The notes under the pieces are model-generated. The model was not told where the DNA came from, ran no database searches, and saw only the letters and a list, made by a program, of their open reading frames with translations. Source: Chloroflexota bacterium (GTDB lineage: Bacteria; Chloroflexota; Ktedonobacteria; Ktedonobacterales; JADMIN01). Taken from it: a DNA stretch of 64,000 nt. A program made the translations under genes and the position numbers. The stretch spans positions 749 through 64,748 of the forward strand of contig JAJPKE010000032.1 of NCBI GenBank assembly GCA_021323855.1, given 5' to 3'. The stretch's first letter is position 1. Every line of letters starts with the position of its first letter. Positions 58,957 to 64,000 of this stretch are shown piece by piece.

Positions 58957-59784
58957 TCAAGGCACGGATTGGGCGACGAACCAGCGCAGAAACCCTGGCA
59001 CCTGCGCGATATTCGGTAGTACAACATCCGCTTCAGTGGTCAACTCGGCTGGCGCTTCATCATGCGCCACCGCGACAGCAACGCCCTGGCAGGCGCCCTC
59101 CGCCGTCAAGTGCCGCAGCGCGCGGAACGCATCGAGGTCAGTGCGGTCGTCGCCCAGATAGAAGGCTGAGCGCAGCCCGCGCTCACGAATTACAGCGGCG
59201 ACCGCGACTCCCTTATCCACCTCCACCGGTGGCCGTAACTCGACGACCATGCGCCCGCGCGTCACCCGCAGGCCCAGCGGCGCAGCGATGTCCTGCGTGA
59301 CCCGATACACCTCCTCTTCTGCCGCCGCCGGATCGCTGGTGTTGCGCACATGGATGCTAGCCGTCGCACCCTTGGGTTCCAGGCGTAACCCCGGCCAGTG
59401 GGGTTGCAGCTCCGCACCCACTCTCTCCAGCGCATGCTGCAACGGTGCGATAAATGGCAGCGCCTCCGGATAGATCGTGTCTGCGCCGCTCGCTGGTTCA
59501 TAGGTTTCCAGCCCGTGATTACCGATATAGAGCAGGTGCGCATTGCCGACCATACGCGCGGCATCCTGTGCAGACCGTCCAGACACCGCCACAACGAGAT
59601 CGAATGTCGTTACCGCCTGATCCAACACTTCAGCGATTCCCGGCAGCAGCGTCGCCGCCTCCGGTGTCGGCGCGATGGAGCTGATGGTGCCGTCAATATC
59701 GGTGAAGAGTCCGCGTGGCCGGTGCGCCAGCGCCGCGCGCATCAGCGGCTCTACACGCCCAAAGCCAGGAAATAGCTCACTCAT
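58957..59784 (-). CDS. otsB: Trehalose-6-phosphate phosphatase
   Basis: HAD motif DIDGT, GRS, GNHGLE, VELRPP..VDKG, YLGDDRTDLDAF. Confidence 0.9.
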   Translation of the reverse strand: MSELFPGFGRVEPLMRAALAHRPRGLFTDIDGTISSIAPTPEAATLLPGIAEVLDQAVTTFDLVVAVSGRSAQDAARMVGNAHLLYIGNHGLETYEPASGADTIYPEALPFIAPLQHALERVGAELQPHWPGLRLEPKGATASIHVRNTSDPAAAEEEVYRVTQDIAAPLGLRVTRGRMVVELRPPVEVDKGVAVAAVIRERGLRSAFYLGDDRTDLDAFRALRHLTAEGACQGVAVAVAHDEAPAELTTEADVVLPNIAQVPGFLRWFVAQSVP

Positions 59785-59943
59785 ACCCTTCCTCATCTCT
59801 TTCCCCTAGCCACGTTATATCAGGTTTATGGAGGCGGGCGGCATTCAGAAGAGCAGTTTGACAGCGCCGTTGCGCAGCGTGTAGCATGCCAGCAGCACAG
59901 AAACTTCTATTGACCACCTCTAGTTGGCTGGGAGGACACGCCG

Positions 59944-60747
59944 GTGGCGAAGAAGACGTACATTCCCGATTTGCAAGAATCTATTGATGATGAGATAGCC
60001 AGCCTGGCGGAGCAACGCGCCACGGCGGAGAAGAGCGCGCCACAAGAACAGGTTGCTCCTACGCCTCCACCTGCTCCTGGCGTAGTGCCTCGCTCGCCAG
60101 CGCCTTACGCGCAGGCGCCTGGGGCTGCTCCAGGACCGGCGCCTATGCAGCCGGCAGCCTTCCCTCCGCGCTCGCCGCTTCCCGCACGCAAGCGGTCACG
60201 CACGCTATGGCGGCTTCTGCTTGGCTTTCTGGGCGTAGTGATAGTACTCGGCCTGGTATTGTTAGTGGCAGTACTAACGTTTCACGGGGGCGCTACGCCA
60301 GCCAGCGAATTCACCCCAACTCCTGGCGGACAGCCTACGGCGACGCCTACCCCTGCGCCGCCAACGCCCATCTCAAGCGTTCCGGGCGCGTTGATTGCGT
60401 TATTCATCATCGCCATCATCATTGTTCTGCTTGCTGTGGTTGCGGTGCCACTCATTGCTCGTAGTAGACGGCCTGCTGGAAAGCGAACTACTGGCAAAGA
60501 GGTGGCTTCAACGGATAGCATCCAGACCGACCTGAACCTTCAGATTCAGCGGCTCCAGCAGTTGCGCACCTGGGTCAACGAGGACCCTGCATTCAGTCAA
60601 CTGGTAGACAATATCATCGGCAAACAGGTGAAGTCCTCGGAGCGCCGGCAACAGATATTTTCCATCCTGCTTGGCGTTGCCTCGCTGGTCGCTGGATGGT
60701 TGCTCTCAGCCTTCACCCCGCCGATTACGCACTTATTGGGACATTGA
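59944..60747 (+). CDS. Pro-rich membrane protein (3 TM)
   Basis: GGAGG RBS with GTG start; P/A-rich linkers and three hydrophobic helices. Confidence 0.7.
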   Translation: MAKKTYIPDLQESIDDEIASLAEQRATAEKSAPQEQVAPTPPPAPGVVPRSPAPYAQAPGAAPGPAPMQPAAFPPRSPLPARKRSRTLWRLLLGFLGVVIVLGLVLLVAVLTFHGGATPASEFTPTPGGQPTATPTPAPPTPISSVPGALIALFIIAIIIVLLAVVAVPLIARSRRPAGKRTTGKEVASTDSIQTDLNLQIQRLQQLRTWVNEDPAFSQLVDNIIGKQVKSSERRQQIFSILLGVASLVAGWLLSAFTPPITHLLGH

Positions 60748-60749
60748 GC

Positions 60750-61247
60750 ATGCAATACCAGCAAGAGCAACAAGAACAGCACATCAGGCGGGCGCAAGAG
60801 GAGGATGTGCCGCGTCTGGTGGCGCTTTCTAGCGCCAAACGCACGCTCTATCAGGCGTATCAGCCGCAGTTCTGGCGGCGCGCAGCGGATGCCGACGAGC
60901 GCCAGGAGCCATTTCTGAAGCGGCTCATTGCGCGCGAAAACGTCATCGCGCTGGTCTATGAGCAAGGGGACACGATCCTGGGTTTCGTCATTGCGCAACT
61001 GGTGCCTGCGCCGCCCGTTTATGATCCCGGCGGCCTCACCTGTAGCATAGACGACTTTTGTGTGGAAGGTGACGCCGATTGGCCGGGCATTGGTCGCGCG
61101 CTGCTAGAAGCCGCCATTGCGGAGGCGCAGGCACACGGCGCGGCGCAAACGGTAGTGGTCTGCGCGCATCTCGACGAACCCAAACGGGCAATGCTGTCCG
61201 CCTCCGGTTTCAGCATCGCTTCCGAGTGGTATGTCAAAGGAATGTAG
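60750..61247 (+). CDS. GNAT family acetyltransferase
   Basis: IRRAQEEDV, IDDFCV..W.GIGRALL..A, GF...SEW. Confidence 0.85.
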   Translation: MQYQQEQQEQHIRRAQEEDVPRLVALSSAKRTLYQAYQPQFWRRAADADERQEPFLKRLIARENVIALVYEQGDTILGFVIAQLVPAPPVYDPGGLTCSIDDFCVEGDADWPGIGRALLEAAIAEAQAHGAAQTVVVCAHLDEPKRAMLSASGFSIASEWYVKGM

Positions 61248-61253
61248 CGGGTG

Positions 61254-61290
61254 GACCTCACCCCTGACATCTCTCCCGCGAGGAGAGGGG
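61254..61290 (+). repeat. REP-like element, family B
   Basis: GACCTCACCCCTGACATCTCTCCCGCGAGGAGAGGGG. Confidence 0.7.
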
Positions 61291-61297
61291 TATCAAT

Positions 61298-61909
61298 TTA
61301 GCGCAGTGTATTGGGCTGCGTCGGCGCATCGAAGTCGTTGGTTCCAGCAGCAGCCGATGGCTTGCGCGAGGCGAAGATCGAGCGATTGAGCGCAGCGGGC
61401 AGCGGCATGAGCGCGACAATGACGAATACTACCAGCACGATAACTACGCTACCGACGACATCGAGCGTATGGTGCGCGCCGATGCCCATGCGTCCGAGCA
61501 TGACCAGCAGTGTCCCCAGGGCGAAGAACGGGATGAGTTTGCGGCTGATCCACCAGAGCGAGACCGTAATCGCTGCTGCCATGAGTGTGTGATCCGAGGG
61601 GAAACCATTATCACGCGAGACCGACGCTAACGGCGCGGTGCCGGTCACGATATAGGGGCGGGTGTCAATGATGACATGGTTCAGCACTTTGGCGACAATA
61701 AAGGCCACCGTCACCAGCAGAATCAGCCGCAGCAGCAGGGCAGGCGTAATGGCCCGCAGATGCGTGAGAACGGCAACGACCCAAAGCGCCGCCATGACGA
61801 AGACCAGATAGGCCGCGCAGAAGATAGCGATCTTCTCTGTCACTGAGTTGGTGTAGGCCAGCGATTGAATCGCCTGCTGTATCCCATCTTGTTTGAAAAT
61901 CGTTGGCAT
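61298..61909 (-). CDS. PAP2 family phosphatase (BcrC-like)
   Basis: K......RP, GFPSDH, R..IGAHH..DV. Confidence 0.88.
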   Translation of the reverse strand: MPTIFKQDGIQQAIQSLAYTNSVTEKIAIFCAAYLVFVMAALWVVAVLTHLRAITPALLLRLILLVTVAFIVAKVLNHVIIDTRPYIVTGTAPLASVSRDNGFPSDHTLMAAAITVSLWWISRKLIPFFALGTLLVMLGRMGIGAHHTLDVVGSVVIVLVVFVIVALMPLPAALNRSIFASRKPSAAAGTNDFDAPTQPNTLR

Positions 61910-62002
61910 AAGAAATCCTCAATTCCTCTGATCTATTTGCTGACCTATTTGCCTGTCGGTCCAGACGACGCATGGCGATTGTTTGCAATGTGCGCTGGCA
62001 AT

Positions 62003-62893
62003 CTATTGCTGCGATGGCGGCGTCAGCCGGTGTACCACCACGCGCACCACGTCATCGTCCGGCGGCCAGGCGCGCTCATACACGCGCTCCTCATCACGCC
62101 AGCCGGCCTCGCGGGCGGCGGCAACGAAGCCGCGCGACACACGCCGCCCCGGCTCCGCCAGCCAGAACACACCATCCGGCGCCAGTAAGGATGGCGCGAG
62201 TTCCAGGAGTGGCGCCACGTCCTCCTGCTCATACAGCACATCGGCTGCGAGCAGGAGATCAAACGGCCCACCGGCGCGGCAAGCTATCTGCCCTTCAGGT
62301 GTGCGCCAATCCAACAGCAGCAGGTCGGGCGTCTCGCCAGCCAGCCGGAGCGTGTTATAGCGGGTGAAGAGCAGCGCCTCTGTGAAACAGTCGGCGGCCT
62401 GGAGTCGCACGCCAGCAGCGAGCGCTACCGCTGCTGTCAATCCCAGGCCACAGCCCAATTCCAGCGCCCGTTTGCCGGTAAAGGCGGCGCGTTCAGCCAC
62501 TATGGTCTCTGCCAGCGCCTGGCCGCTCGGCCAGAGCAGCCCCCAATAGGGCATATGCGTGCCCGCAGCCACCGCTGCCCGCGCCTGCTCCGCCGCTGCG
62601 CTCGTCTCTCTGATCGCCATCGTCTCTGGTAACGCTGCATCCTCTAACTTGTCCACTGTCGCTCTGCCGTCCAACGCGGCGGAAAATTGATCGAGTGGCG
62701 CATCGGGGTCAGCGGGCAGCGTGATGACCATGGGATTAGCCACGCCGGGCAGCGACAACGCGGGCAGCGAAAGATCGCGTAGCGCATAGAGGTCTTCCAT
62801 ACGCGCGCGTAACGCAGCCAACGTAAGAGCAGCCGACGTAGCGGCGTCATCTGGCTGATGGATAGAGCTGGTGGCATTCACTGGCCTTGTCAT
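62003..62893 (-). CDS. Class I SAM-dependent methyltransferase (Methyltransf_16-like)
   Basis: PYWGLLWPSG.ALA, LELGCGLGL, LAADVLYE, LAEPGR. Confidence 0.85.
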   Translation of the reverse strand: MTRPVNATSSIHQPDDAATSAALTLAALRARMEDLYALRDLSLPALSLPGVANPMVITLPADPDAPLDQFSAALDGRATVDKLEDAALPETMAIRETSAAAEQARAAVAAGTHMPYWGLLWPSGQALAETIVAERAAFTGKRALELGCGLGLTAAVALAAGVRLQAADCFTEALLFTRYNTLRLAGETPDLLLLDWRTPEGQIACRAGGPFDLLLAADVLYEQEDVAPLLELAPSLLAPDGVFWLAEPGRRVSRGFVAAAREAGWRDEERVYERAWPPDDDVVRVVVHRLTPPSQQ

Positions 62894-63057
62894 GGCGCGT
62901 ATTATACGCCTATGTTAAAGCGAGGTTAAGCTTTGTGTGGGGATATGTGAGAAAAAGGCTGGTCTCGCATTCGATGAAATGTTAAGACCAGCCAATATGG
63001 TGGCAGGCTAGAGCGCGTAGTAGTCGGGAACGATGTCTCATATCTGCCATTATGCTA

Positions 63058-63510
63058 TTATTCGCTGGAGCGTTCCGGCTCATCGGAGAGAATTTCTCGT
63101 GCCAACTGCCCGACATGCCGGATGGCATAGGCGTGATGCTCGGCCAGCACTTCACGCGCGGACGCCACTTCTTCGTCTCGCGGCGTATGGACACGTACAG
63201 CAACATGACCCTTTGCGCGTTCTTCGGCGTACTGCTCCTGCTCTATCCCTTCCTCGGTGAATAATTTTTCGCCGGTGGTGGGTGGCTCCGCCAGTGTATC
63301 CTCCATGCCCTTGCTCTTCTCCAGGGGATGCGTCCCTTCTTCGGCTTCCGGCGAGAGAACGATATCCTCGTTGGCGAAGCCTGCGGCATGCAGCGCCTCA
63401 GCCGCGCGTTGCGCCTCTTCGCGGCTATCAATCAGCGCAATCACATAGTCGCTGAAATCGGCGGGATTCCTGGTATAGTCCTGCTGATTGGATTGGTCAT
63501 GTGCTGTCAT
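63058..63510 (-). CDS. Hypothetical protein (general-stress-protein-like)
   Basis: VIALIDS.EEAQRAAEALHAAGF...DI; Y.EE..KGHVAVRV. Confidence 0.7.
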   Translation of the reverse strand: MTAHDQSNQQDYTRNPADFSDYVIALIDSREEAQRAAEALHAAGFANEDIVLSPEAEEGTHPLEKSKGMEDTLAEPPTTGEKLFTEEGIEQEQYAEERAKGHVAVRVHTPRDEEVASAREVLAEHHAYAIRHVGQLAREILSDEPERSSE

Positions 63511-63715
63511 GTCTCTCTCGTCCTTTCTCTGCCGCTGAGCGCCTGTTCAGAACTGGCGCTCTCTTAATGAAATATCCTGGTTATCTTGCTTCTATTGCCA
63601 GTTGTTGCCAGTTGTTGCCTGTGAAGATGGTTGAAATGAGGTGCGCACATTCCATGCCAGAGGATATTCCACATCATACGAGGTATAGTATGTTTGTTGC
63701 CCCAAAACCGCGCCA

Positions 63716-64000
63716 TCATTCGCCCGTATCGGGATTGCCTCCTGAATCCCCGCCATCGTTTACGGTTCCATCATAATGATGAGGCTGCTGGCCGCCAGGA
63801 TGAGATGGGCTAGAGATATCGTATTCCACCAGTGCGTTGTCTTTTGCCAGCTCTTCCAATGTTTCAGCAGTTTCATCGCTGGCAGTTTCTTCGATTGATG
63901 CGGCGGCAGCTTTGCCTGCAAGATACTCGTTCGCGTTGGAGACGGCTTTTTCTACGGCGCCCTGCGGAAATGGTTTGAACAATAGCTGAACATACTGCTG
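63716..64000 (-). CDS. Hypothetical protein, 5' end beyond the window
   Basis: The frame is open from 64000 to the stop at 63716. Confidence 0.55.
   Translation of the reverse strand, partial: QQYVQLLFKPFPQGAVEKAVSNANEYLAGKAAAASIEETASDETAETLEELAKDNALVEYDISSPSHPGGQQPHHYDGTVNDGGDSGGNPDTGE

Noticed and set aside
1-64000. rRNA, tRNA, CRISPR array, prophage or transposase
   Set aside because: None recognised. No tRNA-Sec or sel genes are visible in this window, so they must be sought elsewhere in the genome.

Overview
GC-rich bacterial chromosomal window, probably Chloroflexota (Ktedonobacterales-like). The taxon is inferred from a stand-alone DUF6788 protein, GAAC-N4-GTTC LexA-type boxes and the gene repertoire. 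It holds about 55 genes, mostly housekeeping or accessory metabolism: SDRs, an RclA-like disulfide reductase, ctaA, ung, an M3 peptidase, an acyl-CoA dehydrogenase, TetR/MFS pairs, azlCD, mscL and otsB. I saw no rRNA, tRNA, CRISPR array or transposase. Main points of interest: (1) a yggX-linked B12-binding-like/radical SAM gene whose TGA 'stop' lies in a C-U-A-E-P motif followed by a SECIS-like hairpin, so it is probably a selenoprotein that the ORF track truncates; (2) a NotI-family type II restriction-modification pair right after it, with an apparent window-wide absence of CGGCCG; (3) a sigma70 promoter with a LexA box in its spacer that drives an unannotated structured RNA or small ORF; (4) a lower-GC three-gene island ending in a pentapeptide-repeat/channel-like membrane protein; (5) an ECF sigma whose partner looks like an ABC-permease-type anti-sigma; (6) a leader peptide upstream of a GNAT gene; (7) eroded toxin-antitoxin remnants; (8) two families of REP-like palindromes. 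All family calls come from motif recognition by eye, not from database searches.
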